Of a stretch of 64,000 bases of DNA, positions 33,139 through 44,189 are shown piece by piece (position 1 is the stretch's first letter; every line of letters begins with the position of its first letter). The notes under the pieces are model-generated. The model was given only the letters and a program-made list of their open reading frames with translations, ran no database searches and was not told the DNA's origin. A program made the position numbers and the translations under genes. The stretch comes from Candidatus Sericytochromatia bacterium (GTDB lineage: Bacteria; Cyanobacteriota; Sericytochromatia; S15B-MN24; JAQBPE01), in the NCBI GenBank assembly GCA_040400605.1, contig JBBAPZ010000007.1, forward strand, positions 83,485 to 147,484, in the 5' to 3' direction.

Positions 33139-34656
33139 CTAACCGCGTACAAAGAACAAATTGTTCTTGAATGCGGCCACTGCCTCACGAATGTGATCCG
33201 CAGTCTGATCATCCAAAACACCCGTCCCTGTGATGGTTTGTTCAATTTCAGGACGGTTGGACTTCAGGTAGGCCAACAGCTCTGCCTTAAAGCGACCGAC
33301 CTCCGAAACAGGTACGTCATCCACCAAGCCATTGGTACCCGAAAAGATCAAAACGACCTGCTCACCAACGGATAACGGTGAGTACTGTGGCTGTTTCAAA
33401 ATCTCCTGCAGGCGTTGCCCCCTCGCGATCTGAGCCTGTGTGGCCTTGTCAAGATCAGAAGCGAATTGGGCAAAAGCCGCTAACTCACGAAACTGCGCCA
33501 ACTCAAGCCTGAGTCCACCCATTTTTTTCATTGCCTTCGTTTGCGCGGCCCCACCAACACGAGACACCGAAATGCCAGCGTTGACGGCCGGCCTGAAGCC
33601 CGCGTTGAAAAGGTCTGTCTCCAGAAAAATCTGCCCGTCGGTAATTGAGATGACATTCGTCGGAATATAGGCAGACACATCACCGCCTTGGGTCTCAATG
33701 ATCGGCAAAGCAGTCATTGAGCCGCCGCCCTCGGCATCAGACAGCTTGGCGGCGCGTTCAAGCAAACGGCTGTGTAGATAAAAGACATCACCGGGATAAG
33801 CCTCACGGCCCGGTGGCCGACGTAGCAGCAAAGACATTTCACGATACGCCCACGCCTGACGCGTCAAGTCATCATAGACGATCAACACGTGCTTGCCCTC
33901 GTACATGAACGCTTCACCCATCGCACAGCCGGCATACGGGGCTAAGTAATTTAACGGAGCGGGTTCATCAGCACCAGCTGAAACGACGATTGAGTAATCC
34001 ATTGCACCGTGATCCTCAAGGGCTTTGATCACCCGCGCGACTGTCGACGTTTTTTGACCGATGGCCACGTAAATGCAGACAACATCTTTTCCCTTTTGAT
34101 TGATGATCGTATCAACAGCAACCGCAGTTTTGCCGGTCTGCCGATCGCCAATAATCAACTCACGTTGACCCCGACCAATCGGTATCAACGCATCAACGAT
34201 TGTCAAACCAGTCGCCAACGGCTCGTGCACGGACTTGCGGGAAACAATCCCCGGTGCAGGGCTCTCCACCGCACGTTTTTTCTGGGCATTCAACGGGCCC
34301 TTGCCATCAATCGGAAGACCCAATGGGTTGACCACGCGGCCCAACAACTCAGGTCCGACAGGAACCTCGACAATGCGTCCGGTCGTTTTTACCTGAGCCC
34401 CTTCCTTCACCTTACGATAATCACCCAGAATAACCGCACCAACAACATCCTCATCCAGGTTGAGTGCCATCCCCATCACGTCATTCCCGAAATCCAACAT
34501 CTCACCAGCCATCGCTTTTTGCAATCCGTGGACGCGTGCGATGCCATCGCCAACCTCCAAAACCACACCGGTGTTGGTAACCGCCAACTCCGACTGGTAC
34601 TTTTCAAGTTGCTGCTTCAATACAGCACTAATTTCTTCTGGACGAATGCCTAACAT
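33139..34656 (-). CDS. atpA: ATP synthase F1 alpha subunit
   Basis: [26 protein letters not shown] at 34656 with GGAAGGA SD. Confidence 0.99.
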   Translation of the reverse strand: MLGIRPEEISAVLKQQLEKYQSELAVTNTGVVLEVGDGIARVHGLQKAMAGEMLDFGNDVMGMALNLDEDVVGAVILGDYRKVKEGAQVKTTGRIVEVPVGPELLGRVVNPLGLPIDGKGPLNAQKKRAVESPAPGIVSRKSVHEPLATGLTIVDALIPIGRGQRELIIGDRQTGKTAVAVDTIINQKGKDVVCIYVAIGQKTSTVARVIKALEDHGAMDYSIVVSAGADEPAPLNYLAPYAGCAMGEAFMYEGKHVLIVYDDLTRQAWAYREMSLLLRRPPGREAYPGDVFYLHSRLLERAAKLSDAEGGGSMTALPIIETQGGDVSAYIPTNVISITDGQIFLETDLFNAGFRPAVNAGISVSRVGGAAQTKAMKKMGGLRLELAQFRELAAFAQFASDLDKATQAQIARGQRLQEILKQPQYSPLSVGEQVVLIFSGTNGLVDDVPVSEVGRFKAELLAYLKSNRPEIEQTITGTGVLDDQTADHIREAVAAFKNNLFFVRG

Positions 34657-34707
34657 CGGAACTTCCTTCCTTAAAAGGGAACGCACGACCTCACGCGTGA
34701 AAACCGA

Positions 34708-35235
34708 TTACTTCAACGCCAACTTCAAATCTTGCAAACGACCCCTGAGGCTCGCATCGACAACCTGATCGCCTACCTGAACAATTATTCCGCCGATCAA
34801 ACTTGGATCGATCTCAACCTCGATGGCAACATCGCTTCCCAGCTGCGCTCCAAGCAGCGCCTGAAGATCCGCGAGCTGAGCCTCTTCAACTGGACAGGGG
34901 CTTATCACCCTTGCACACGACCGTTTGCGCGTCACGTCACACCGTTCGCGGTACGCGACCTGAACATCACCAATCAAATCGTGTCGCTTCTTTTCAAGTA
35001 GCAACAAGAGCAAATTCAACAAGTAGGGATGCAGCCTTTCAGCAAACAAGGCTCTAACAATATGTTGTTTGTCAGCAAGCTTTAGAACGGGATGACGCCA
35101 AGCCTCAGCCAAAGACTGATTTGTCTCCAACATATCGATCAATTGTCCAAACTCGAGGTCGATGCGCCCCAATACATCGCTTTGGGCGGATGACGCTAAT
35201 TCAAAAAGCGCGGCCGCATAGCGGTCCGCAATCAC
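34708..35235 (-). CDS. atpH: ATP synthase F1 delta subunit
   Basis: RYAAALF, DPSLIGG, VVDASLRG.L. Confidence 0.93.
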   Translation of the reverse strand: MIADRYAAALFELASSAQSDVLGRIDLEFGQLIDMLETNQSLAEAWRHPVLKLADKQHIVRALFAERLHPYLLNLLLLLLEKKRHDLIGDVQVAYRERCDVTRKRSCARVISPCPVEEAQLADLQALLGAQLGSDVAIEVEIDPSLIGGIIVQVGDQVVDASLRGRLQDLKLALK

Positions 35236-35729
35236 CTGAGTACTAATGTTCCATCCCCCACTTTCTGCACCACACCGCTCACCAGTTCCCGCTGACGCTC
35301 TGCATTCATTTGCTGCTGCAACTCAAGCGTCGCCCGCTCGAAGGCCTGGGCCAACACTGCCTGCCGCAATGCCTCCACCGCTGATTGACGCTCACGCGCA
35401 ATCTCAGCCTGAGCCTGAAGCTTGAGCCGCTCACATTCGATTCTCGCACCTTCGACAACTACCACCGCTTGGTTACGTGCAGCCACCGCTGCATCCTCCA
35501 ACATCACGGCTATCTCACCATCCAACTGACTCAAACGGTGTTCGACGTGAGCCAATGAGGCGATAGCTTGACGCTCCGCGGTGTCCGCCTCGTCCAGCGC
35601 CCGCTGCGTGGCCGCCTGCTTCTCAGCGACCATCCGCGCAAACAACGGCATGCCAAACTTGCCAACGACGATCGCAAACAGTACAAAGTTAATCAACGCA
35701 CCAATCGCATGTACTGTACCAAATCCCAT
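35232..35729 (-). CDS. atpF: ATP synthase F0 subunit b
   Basis: N-terminal TM (LINFVLF) plus coiled coil; located just before delta. Confidence 0.88.
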   Translation of the reverse strand: MGFGTVHAIGALINFVLFAIVVGKFGMPLFARMVAEKQAATQRALDEADTAERQAIASLAHVEHRLSQLDGEIAVMLEDAAVAARNQAVVVVEGARIECERLKLQAQAEIARERQSAVEALRQAVLAQAFERATLELQQQMNAERQRELVSGVVQKVGDGTLVLR

Positions 35730-36190
35730 TATTCACGCCCCCCAGAAACACCCGCCCCAACCAATGCAGGGGACGCGCCCAAGGCTTTGAGCCTGATTTC
35801 ATCTGACAAAGCCGAAACCTCATCCTGCAAGCCCGCGAGCAAACGCTCTTTTTCAGCACCGATACCGCGCAAGGCCTCTTCAACCTCGGCTGATACCTGC
35901 AAACCGGTCTCCGCCACCAACGCCTGCCTTTGCGCTTCTGCCGACTTCAGGGCTTCTACCAAGGTCGCGGACGCACGATGCTTCGCCGACGCCAAACCAG
36001 CCTCTAGCTGCACTTCGAGTGCCTGAGCGCGCGATACCGCTTCCTGCGCGCGAAACTTCCGACCATCGATCAACTCGCGTCGCGCATCTAAAACACGAAC
36101 AACCGGCCCAAAAAAGACGATATTCATCAATACTGCAAAAACCAGAAACATCAGAAGCACAATCGGAAGGGTGAGGTTAATGTCCAGCAT
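35729..36190 (-). CDS. ATP synthase F0 subunit b' (second b-type subunit)
   Basis: MLDINLTLP..L.FL....LMN.VFF.P...LD.R resembles cyanobacterial b'. Confidence 0.88.
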   Translation of the reverse strand: MLDINLTLPIVLLMFLVFAVLMNIVFFGPVVRVLDARRELIDGRKFRAQEAVSRAQALEVQLEAGLASAKHRASATLVEALKSAEAQRQALVAETGLQVSAEVEEALRGIGAEKERLLAGLQDEVSALSDEIRLKALGASPALVGAGVSGGRE

Positions 36191-36256
36191 ATCCGTTTCT
36201 CCTCAGCGAGAAAAGCCAACACCCGGCGGCAACGGCCGCCGGGCAATCAACCGACC

Positions 36257-36634
<378 letters not shown>

Positions 36635-36647
36635 TCAAATTCAACAA

Positions 36648-37493
36648 CTAGTGAGCGTGCGAATGGTCGGCAACAGCCGTACCAATGTACGACGCTGACA
36701 ACACCGCAAAAACGAAAGCCTGAATTGCGCCGACGAATAGCTCAAGGGGGAGCAGAATTGACGGTACAACAAAATATGTCAACATCAGAAGAACCAAACC
36801 GATCACATGTCCGGCCGTCATGTTGGCAAAGAGTCTCAGCGCCAAAGACAACGGCCGTGTAACATCTTCGAGCATACGCAAAGGGGCGAGCAAAGCTGGC
36901 TTCGCAAACCAGTGATGCGCCAAGAACCCAGTCGCGCCGTTGTGTAAGACACCAAAATACCAATATAAAACCAAGGTGACGATCGCCATTGCAAGCGTCA
37001 TGTTCAGGTCGGCCGTGGGCGCCTCATACACCAGAGGATGCGGCGCACCCAGCACCGCCCCCAACGGACGACCGACCCAAATTTCCCAAGCCTTCCAAGG
37101 CAACAATGCCAACCAGTTGGACGCTAAGATAAACATAAAGACCGAACCAATGTACCAAAGGTAGGGCTTGGCATCAACGCCAATAAAGTCACGCACGATC
37201 TTAAGGCAAAACTCAACCAACAATTCGATCACTGACCCAGTGCCATTTGGGTCTTCATGCGGTTCCGGGCTTAAGGTGCGCGCAAGCAACCCGAACACCG
37301 CCAGCAACGCTAACATCACAAGGCCGGCATATACGACAGTATCGACATGAAAAGAACCGACACCCGGAACACTCTGAACCCAATGCTGACCCAAGGTAAT
37401 GCCAGACTCCCCGCCGTGATGAGCAGCACCGTGCGCCGTCATACCGGCCGTCGCCCCATGCCCTTCTCCCTGTGCGATCATAAAGCTAGTCAA
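36648..37493 (-). CDS. atpB: ATP synthase F0 subunit a
   Basis: PTADLN, RPLSLALRLFANM, IQAFVFAVL. Confidence 0.96.
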   Translation of the reverse strand: MTSFMIAQGEGHGATAGMTAHGAAHHGGESGITLGQHWVQSVPGVGSFHVDTVVYAGLVMLALLAVFGLLARTLSPEPHEDPNGTGSVIELLVEFCLKIVRDFIGVDAKPYLWYIGSVFMFILASNWLALLPWKAWEIWVGRPLGAVLGAPHPLVYEAPTADLNMTLAMAIVTLVLYWYFGVLHNGATGFLAHHWFAKPALLAPLRMLEDVTRPLSLALRLFANMTAGHVIGLVLLMLTYFVVPSILLPLELFVGAIQAFVFAVLSASYIGTAVADHSHAH

Positions 37494-37906
37494 TCAAGAC
37501 CTCCCACTGAACTGGCGTAAGCGGGTGTAGACCTGGATTCGCGCGGCCACGCCACAAAAAAAATCCAATGACGTGCCACCAACAACGCAAGCAGGCTAAC
37601 CAAACCTGGCGAACCCCACATTATGAAACACAAAGCCGGTATCGCCGCACAAATCACTTGCCGAAACACCACTCCACCCATCGCCGACACAAAGGACAAC
37701 GACTTGCGCTTCTCACCGCGACTGCGCAGGTCCCAAGCCAGCAGCCGGTAGTAGGCTGACGCCACCCCCGTGCCCATCCCTACAGCCACCATCGAACGCC
37801 AACCGCCCCACCAAAAAGCCAAGAAGCCGAAAACGGCCGCAAAAAGCACCAATTGTGGGTACAACCGCGCCTCGATTGTCGCAATGTCGTCAAAATTTGA
37901 AACCAT
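37490..37906 (-). CDS. atpI: ATP synthase protein I-like membrane protein
   Basis: Small 4-TM protein overlapping the atpB start; assigned mainly by position. Confidence 0.65.
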   Translation of the reverse strand: MVSNFDDIATIEARLYPQLVLFAAVFGFLAFWWGGWRSMVAVGMGTGVASAYYRLLAWDLRSRGEKRKSLSFVSAMGGVVFRQVICAAIPALCFIMWGSPGLVSLLALLVARHWIFFVAWPRESRSTPAYASSVGGLD

Positions 37907-38522
37907 ACTGAACTCTGTGCATCATCGCTCGACCAATTTCACACAACCTGGATAACGCTCCTTGGGGCAGCAGGCTCATCACTTACGCAACAAGGGTGCT
38001 CATCATCCAAATGTCAAAAAGCGAGCTTAAAAAATACCTGGAGTCGACATTCGTAAACGACCAACGTCTCATTCCCGCCGATCACCAGTCGGTGTACGCG
38101 TCTATCGAAAATAGGTCGTCGCACCAAGTCTCCCTTGAGTGTCAACGGTACCACAACCCTTCACCATGCCGCAACAAAACCATACTCCGCACCAGGCGTG
38201 ACCCAACTGCAAAAACCGTTTTCTTGACCGCAATCTAACGCGCGAAGCGCCTGGCTTACTCACAGAAGCCGGGCGCTTCGCAGCGTTAGAATGACCGCAT
38301 CGAAGTCTTAAAAACCAAGCCGTAGGATCAGCATTGGTGCAAACCCTTAACCAGGGTTCCCACCAAAAGCCTGAGCGCACTCTCCCGCACCAAGCAACGC
38401 GACGCGCAAGCGATGAACCAAGGACAAGGCACACTGGCCGACCGATGCCAAGCCTAAACGCCGAACCCAAACAAAATAAAGCTAAAAACAAATGGCGGAT
38501 GAATATTCCCTTGGCGGCCCAT

Positions 38523-38966
38523 TCAAGGCAGGGGATCGGGCGCGCTACCCATCAAGGCTTGAAGCTCATTGGTCAACAGTTTCGCTGCCTGTTCAATGTG
38601 TACCTTCACTAAACCGGTTTTCGCAGGGTCGACAAAAACAACCACCAACACATCGCGTGTATCAAGCGCACTCATATAAATGCTCGTACGCTCGCCCTGC
38701 TGAAACATAGACACAAAATCGTTCTCGCCAATCAGTTTGGCAACAGCACGGGACGATGAGAAACTTCCGCTAACCAAAGAGGCGACCGCAACGGTGTCTA
38801 TGCCCTTGGTGTCACCCTCCAAAGCCAGCAACTGTCCACTTTTTTCAACAAGGACGACCGCGGTGGCGTCGACATCACGAAGCAAGGTGGCTAAAATCCG
38901 CTGCATCTTCGCCATACTCGCTTCCGTCAGCACGACATTGGTCAACAACTTGTTAAGCACCGCCAT
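38523..38966 (-). CDS. Roadblock/LC7 domain protein (MglB-like)
   Basis: LVEKSGQLLA, ASLVSGSFSSSRAVAKLIGE.DF..MFQQGE, GLVK resemble myxobacterial MglB. Confidence 0.85.
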   Translation of the reverse strand: MAVLNKLLTNVVLTEASMAKMQRILATLLRDVDATAVVLVEKSGQLLALEGDTKGIDTVAVASLVSGSFSSSRAVAKLIGENDFVSMFQQGERTSIYMSALDTRDVLVVVFVDPAKTGLVKVHIEQAAKLLTNELQALMGSAPDPLP

Positions 38967-39015
38967 TCCTCTCTCGACACGCGCGTACCCAAGCTATATA
39001 TACCACGTAGCCCGG

Positions 39016-40362
39016 TCACATAAGCACCTTACTTAAATTGATACGACCGAATCCCCATCGCGCATCGCGCCCGGGCGGGCCTTTGTCGTCCACACTTTGT
39101 CTAAGCCGCATGCGAACTTGTGCAGCAGACCACTCCGGGTGCTGGCCGATGATCAAGGCTGCCGCACCTGACACAAATGGCGTGGCTTGGCTGGTGCCGC
39201 TCAGTTTACCGTAATCACGGCCCAGGACACTGCCTTTTGAAGGCAAGGTACTTACAATGCCGCCACCTGGTGCCGCAATTTCGATTTTCTCACCGTAGTT
39301 CGAAAAGAACGACGACCACTCAAACGGTCCAAAACCGCTTGATGAGGAGACCGCAATCGCGATTGGGTCATTCGCAGGTGATCCCACCTGCCCGCGATTG
39401 TTGCCTGCGGCGGAGACGACAAGAACCCCTTTGTCTCGCGCATAAACCAACGCTTGATGCAGAACGGGATCGATTACCGGATCATTCGTCCCCAAAGACA
39501 TATTAATGACACTCGCACCGTGGTCGACCGCATATTTGATCCCAGCTACCACGTTGCCAGTGTTACCCTTTCCACGATCACCCAAAACCTGCACGGCAAG
39601 AATACGAGACGCCCACGCCACGCCCGCCACACCCAAGCCATTGTTGCCTGAGGCCGCGATGATACCGGCCACGTGCGTACCGTGACCGAAACGATCCATC
39701 GGATCCGCATCCTGATTCGCCAAATCAGGCCCCAAAACAACCCGTCCTTTTAATTCCGGATGCTCGTAATCAACACCCGTGTCCAAAACCGCTACCAGCA
39801 CGCCGCGTCCATTGCCCCCCTTGGCCCACGCAGCCTGAGCATACAAACGCGTTTGATGCATCCCCCACTGATCCTTCCAAAACGGATCATTCACCACGGT
39901 TCCCACCTGATACACCCGATTGACGTGAACGGCATCAACCCCGGCACGCGATGCGAAGTAACGCACCGCATCATCCCGAGACATCCCGGGCGGTACCTTG
40001 ACAACCTGATAACGCCTGCCAACATCGATATCACCACGTCTCGTGTCATGATTCGACGTCATCAACCGACGGCCCGGCTTCACGGCCACAATCAACTCGT
40101 CCGGCACAACCTCTGGGACCGCCGAATCAAACGACGCCAAATCCGGTTCTGCCTCCGCAGGACGCGTCTCATACTGTTGGGTGGTTACCATAAACGGCCC
40201 CGCAAGACGCGACTCAATCCGAGCCGGCAGGGTCTGCTTCATCATCGGAACTGCAACGTTTCCACCGCCGCACGCACCCAACGATATGAGGACACCCATC
40301 ACGCCAGCCAAACGCACAGACCGACGACTCAACCGATAAAACACGCGCTGAACGTTTTGCAT
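39016..40362 (-). CDS. Subtilisin-like S8 serine peptidase lipoprotein
   Basis: LGAC lipobox; VLDTG, HGTHVAG, AAGN, GTSQATP. Confidence 0.92.
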   Translation of the reverse strand: MQNVQRVFYRLSRRSVRLAGVMGVLISLGACGGGNVAVPMMKQTLPARIESRLAGPFMVTTQQYETRPAEAEPDLASFDSAVPEVVPDELIVAVKPGRRLMTSNHDTRRGDIDVGRRYQVVKVPPGMSRDDAVRYFASRAGVDAVHVNRVYQVGTVVNDPFWKDQWGMHQTRLYAQAAWAKGGNGRGVLVAVLDTGVDYEHPELKGRVVLGPDLANQDADPMDRFGHGTHVAGIIAASGNNGLGVAGVAWASRILAVQVLGDRGKGNTGNVVAGIKYAVDHGASVINMSLGTNDPVIDPVLHQALVYARDKGVLVVSAAGNNRGQVGSPANDPIAIAVSSSSGFGPFEWSSFFSNYGEKIEIAAPGGGIVSTLPSKGSVLGRDYGKLSGTSQATPFVSGAAALIIGQHPEWSAAQVRMRLRQSVDDKGPPGRDARWGFGRINLSKVLM

Positions 40363-40740
40363 AAGCCCAACCTTTGCTGTCGCCCAACCTGGCTGCAAAA
40401 CATATCAGCGACGCCTACAGAATACTGACGCTAAACTTTATTTAACTTATGATTAATCAAGCTCACCGTCGAACAGGCACGAGTGGCGCAGCAAGTGCAA
40501 ACGACGGGGCGAAAGCGGCTTCTTCCTATCGTGTCTGTGCTGGGCAGGAGTCACGCCGATCTCTCATGCATTGCCGTCTTTTTCGATGCGGCGAGAAAGC
40601 GGACGAAATTAAAGGAAAAACGACATGGGTGGGGGACGTTCGAGGAATTATGACAGACGATACGAGGCAGAACGTCTGCTAGGTGTCACGTGTTGGGTAA
40701 CCAGGATATTGTTGGTTACCCTTTGCCGCGTCAATTGCGA

Positions 40741-41394
40741 TCAAAATGGCGAATGAAGCCGCCAGGCAACCGTCGCGTCTCCTGCGCGGTGTTGAAAACA
40801 CAAGCGTGCCCATCGAACATCACCGCCAAGGAGTGGTCTGCGGTGATTAAATTCACGAAACGGAAACCAAACACGAACCTGCCCCCGCCAAAAACCATCA
40901 ACCGATAGCCGGCTCGCGCTCAACACACTCACGGCCAGTGGCATCACTGCATCACCCTTGTCATTTTTCAGGGTAAATTGCCACGTTGTTGGATCCAAGA
41001 CACGTCCACTGGCCTGAAACTGCTGATCAAAACGCCACGTCACATCGAAAGGAATGCGATCACAAGCACCAAAATACGCTTGCCACCGACTCCGTATCAA
41101 TTGGCGATCATCACCGCCCTCTGACAAGGACAAAGCCTCGTCACCTTGGGTTAGCATGCCGTACACCAAAATCGGCGCGAGCAAAGTGACTTCCAACTCA
41201 CCCCCCAGTCCCAACTTGGTACGACGGACCAAACGTGATCGCAAAACATTGTGATCATCAACCTGATGACGCACCGCTGCTTCCGGTGGCTCCAACGACA
41301 CCAACGGTGCGATTGTGGGACCATCATCCGCATACAACGAACCGCACCCACCAACAACGAAAACCGTCAGACACCAGCGCGCCCAAACGGGCAA
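40741..41394 (-). CDS. Hypothetical lipoprotein
   Basis: Likely TTG start just after the wecB stop; VGGC lipobox; open to 40741. Confidence 0.55.
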   Translation of the reverse strand: MPVWARWCLTVFVVGGCGSLYADDGPTIAPLVSLEPPEAAVRHQVDDHNVLRSRLVRRTKLGLGGELEVTLLAPILVYGMLTQGDEALSLSEGGDDRQLIRSRWQAYFGACDRIPFDVTWRFDQQFQASGRVLDPTTWQFTLKNDKGDAVMPLAVSVLSASRLSVDGFWRGQVRVWFPFREFNHRRPLLGGDVRWARLCFQHRAGDATVAWRLHSPF

Positions 41395-41401
41395 ACCACC
41401 C

Positions 41402-42550
41402 CTAACAGGAAACAAGGGGATGCCCAAAAGAATCGGTTGGCCGGCTCTCCCGTAGACCCAGAAAATAGCGAACAGCCTCAACAATCCTCACGCATGCCCG
41501 GCCATCGCCGTAAGGATTCAAAGCGCGCGCCATCTGCAAGTAGGCATCTTGATCCTGCAACAAACGCGATGTACGCGCCACAATCAAATCTTCGTCGACA
41601 CCGACCAACTCCACCGTTCCAGCTTGCACAGCTTCCGGACGCTCAGTCGTTGTCCGCAACACCAAGACAGGCTTTCCAAGTGAAGGGGCTTCCTCCTGAA
41701 CACCACCACTGTCGGTCAGTATGACAGTCGCATCACGCATGGCGGCAACAAACGGCGCATAATCCAACGGTTCGATCAACGAAACACGTGGATGTGAGCC
41801 CAAGATGCCTTCCACCGTGTCACGAACCACCGGGTTGCGATGCACCGGAAACAACACGCTTAGGTCCGGATCCGCAGCAACCAGTCTTAGCACCGCACGA
41901 CAAATGTTCGCCATCGGCTCTCCCCAGTTCTCCCGCCGATGCGCCGTTACCAACAAGCGCCGTGTTGGTTGTGACGACGTCAGCTCAATACCTTGAGCGG
42001 TAGCAAGCAACGCATCGATAACCGTGTTGCCAGTGCAATAAACAGCCTCGGATGACACCCCTTCCCTGAGTAAATTGGCAACCGATGTTGCAGTCGGCGC
42101 AAAGTGAAGCGTGCTCAACTGCGTCGCCAGACGACGGTTCATTTCTTCTGGATAAGGATTGTAGCGATCAGGCGTACGCAGTCCAGCCTCAACATGCCCG
42201 ACCGGTATCTGTTGATAAAACGCCGCTAGCGAGGCAGCAAACGTCGTGGTTGTATCCCCATGCACCAAGACGAGTGCAGGCTTGCGTTGGTCCAAAACCG
42301 GCTTCAAGCCAGCAATCACACGGATGGTGATGTCAGTCAACGTCTGGCCAGACTTCATCAGGTCCAAATCATGGTCAGGGACAAGGTTGAACAAATCCAA
42401 CACCTGGTCCAGCATCTCGCGATGTTGCGCCGTAACGGCCAAGGCGGTGTCCAACTCCGGGCAAGCCTGCAATGCCCTCACCAACGGCGCCATCTTGATC
42501 GCCTCTGGTCGCGTGCCAAAAATTGTCATCACCAGTGGTTTCATGTTCAC
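41402..42550 (-). CDS. wecB: UDP-N-acetylglucosamine 2-epimerase (non-hydrolysing)
   Basis: GTRPEAIKMAP, HGDT, HVEAGLR, TDSGGVQEEAP. Confidence 0.96.
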   Translation of the reverse strand: MNMKPLVMTIFGTRPEAIKMAPLVRALQACPELDTALAVTAQHREMLDQVLDLFNLVPDHDLDLMKSGQTLTDITIRVIAGLKPVLDQRKPALVLVHGDTTTTFAASLAAFYQQIPVGHVEAGLRTPDRYNPYPEEMNRRLATQLSTLHFAPTATSVANLLREGVSSEAVYCTGNTVIDALLATAQGIELTSSQPTRRLLVTAHRRENWGEPMANICRAVLRLVAADPDLSVLFPVHRNPVVRDTVEGILGSHPRVSLIEPLDYAPFVAAMRDATVILTDSGGVQEEAPSLGKPVLVLRTTTERPEAVQAGTVELVGVDEDLIVARTSRLLQDQDAYLQMARALNPYGDGRACVRIVEAVRYFLGLRESRPTDSFGHPLVSC

Positions 42551-42553
42551 AAC

Positions 42554-43603
42554 TCACCCACTTTGACCGCTGATAAAAACCTTACCCAAGACAATCCATA
42601 AAAGCAGACCAATCGCGGTCAGCAAAACCACACCACCCTCAGGTATGCCGAAGAGTGTTAAGGCCGTTCCCCCCAACAACAGGCAGATGCCATAGATAAT
42701 GACCACGGCGCGTCTTTGCGAAAATCCCAGTCCCAGCAAGCGATGATGCAGATGCCCACGATCGGGAGAAAAAATCGGCTGCCGCCGCAAAGCCCGACGA
42801 ACAATCGCGAAGGTTGTATCAAATATCGGGACACCCAGTATCAACACCGGAACCAAAACAGCCGCCGCAGCGGCCACCTTGAGCAAACCCACAACAGAGG
42901 TGGCGGCCAAGGTAAATCCCAAAAACAAACTGCCCGAGTCCCCCATAAAGACCTTGGCAGGATTCCAATTGTACCGCAGAAACCCAACAGTCGCACCAAC
43001 AAGCGCGATAGCCAACAATGCAATATCCAGTTGTCTCGTCTGCCAGGCGATCAATGCCGTCGTACTGGCAGCAATCAGCGACACACCACCAGCGAGTCCA
43101 TCAAGCCCATCTATCAAATTAATCGTGTTGGTAATGCCAACCAACCAAAAAATTGTCAACGGAACAGTCACAAACACAGGCAGCAACCACAGCCCACCCA
43201 CCGGATTGCTCAAGACTTCGATACGCACACCAAAGTAGACCGCGACTGAAGCGGCGGCAATCTGGACAGCGAGCTTGAACTTGGCGGGCAAGGGTTTCAA
43301 GTCGTCAGCAATACCCAAAACAAATATCATCACTGCCCCCAAAAACAACCCAACGAAGGGACCTTCTCGGGGAAAGACCCGACCTGGGACCAGAAACTCC
43401 ACAGCAGCCAAGGCACAAAAGAAGCCCAGAAAAATTGCCACACCACCCAACCGCGGAATCGGTACGGTATGAACCTTACGCGCATCGGGCGTATCCACGC
43501 GACCAAAACGGTGCGCGAGGCTCGTCACTCGTGGAATCATCAGGTCTGTTGCCAACCATGCAACTAACAGGGTAACAACGTAGGGCCAGAGGTGCTCCCG
43601 CAT
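42554..43603 (-). CDS. Undecaprenyl-phosphate GlcNAc-1-phosphate transferase (WecA/TagO family)
   Basis: RKVH..PIPRLGG, DD, NLIDGLDGL, FMGDSG, HLHHRL. Confidence 0.92.
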   Translation of the reverse strand: MREHLWPYVVTLLVAWLATDLMIPRVTSLAHRFGRVDTPDARKVHTVPIPRLGGVAIFLGFFCALAAVEFLVPGRVFPREGPFVGLFLGAVMIFVLGIADDLKPLPAKFKLAVQIAAASVAVYFGVRIEVLSNPVGGLWLLPVFVTVPLTIFWLVGITNTINLIDGLDGLAGGVSLIAASTTALIAWQTRQLDIALLAIALVGATVGFLRYNWNPAKVFMGDSGSLFLGFTLAATSVVGLLKVAAAAAVLVPVLILGVPIFDTTFAIVRRALRRQPIFSPDRGHLHHRLLGLGFSQRRAVVIIYGICLLLGGTALTLFGIPEGGVVLLTAIGLLLWIVLGKVFISGQSG

Positions 43604-43709
43604 CTTGCTTTCCTCACACGAACCCGCACGCTACCGAAAAACCAGCAAGGTTAAGCGTATCACAGGCCTTCTCACCCCTCAAGCATGTCCTGGTTGGTCG
43701 AAACCAGGC

Positions 43710-44189
43710 TCAGGCATGCGGCAAGGGAGGGGGCTCAATTGACGCTGGGCGATGCTCCAGGCAAATGCCAGCAGCCTCGAGAAACTCCAGACTGACCGGG
43801 TCAGGGTAACCCTCTCGCCACACCACACGCTGAATCCCTGCCGTGATGATTGCCTTGGCACAGTTCAAACACGGTTGCGCCGTGACATAAATTGTTGCAC
43901 CGTCTGTACGATGCCCAAAACGCGCAGCGGTCAAGATGGCGTTTTGCTCGGCGTGGGTGGCCCGCTGGCAAGATGGGCGACCATCCACCTCCCGCAACAG
44001 GTGCCCCACTTCGTCGCAGTGCGGCAACCCCGGCGGCGCACCGTTATACCCCGTCGCGATGGGGTGACGGTCACGCACGATGACCGCACCCACGTGCTTG
44101 CGATCACAGGTCGCACGCGTGGCCACCACTTGTGCCATCATCAAAAAATAGTCATCCCAACTCGGCCTGCGCGCCATCTCAAGCTTCAC
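43710..44189 (-). CDS. dCMP deaminase (ComEB-like)
   Basis: [24 protein letters not shown]. Confidence 0.92.
   Translation of the reverse strand: MKLEMARRPSWDDYFLMMAQVVATRATCDRKHVGAVIVRDRHPIATGYNGAPPGLPHCDEVGHLLREVDGRPSCQRATHAEQNAILTAARFGHRTDGATIYVTAQPCLNCAKAIITAGIQRVVWREGYPDPVSLEFLEAAGICLEHRPASIEPPPLPHA

Noticed and set aside
37907..38520. Possible atpZ/atpQ gene or the 129-aa ORF upstream of atpI
   Set aside because: No ORF with the expected TM pattern or SD; more likely promoter and leader sequence.
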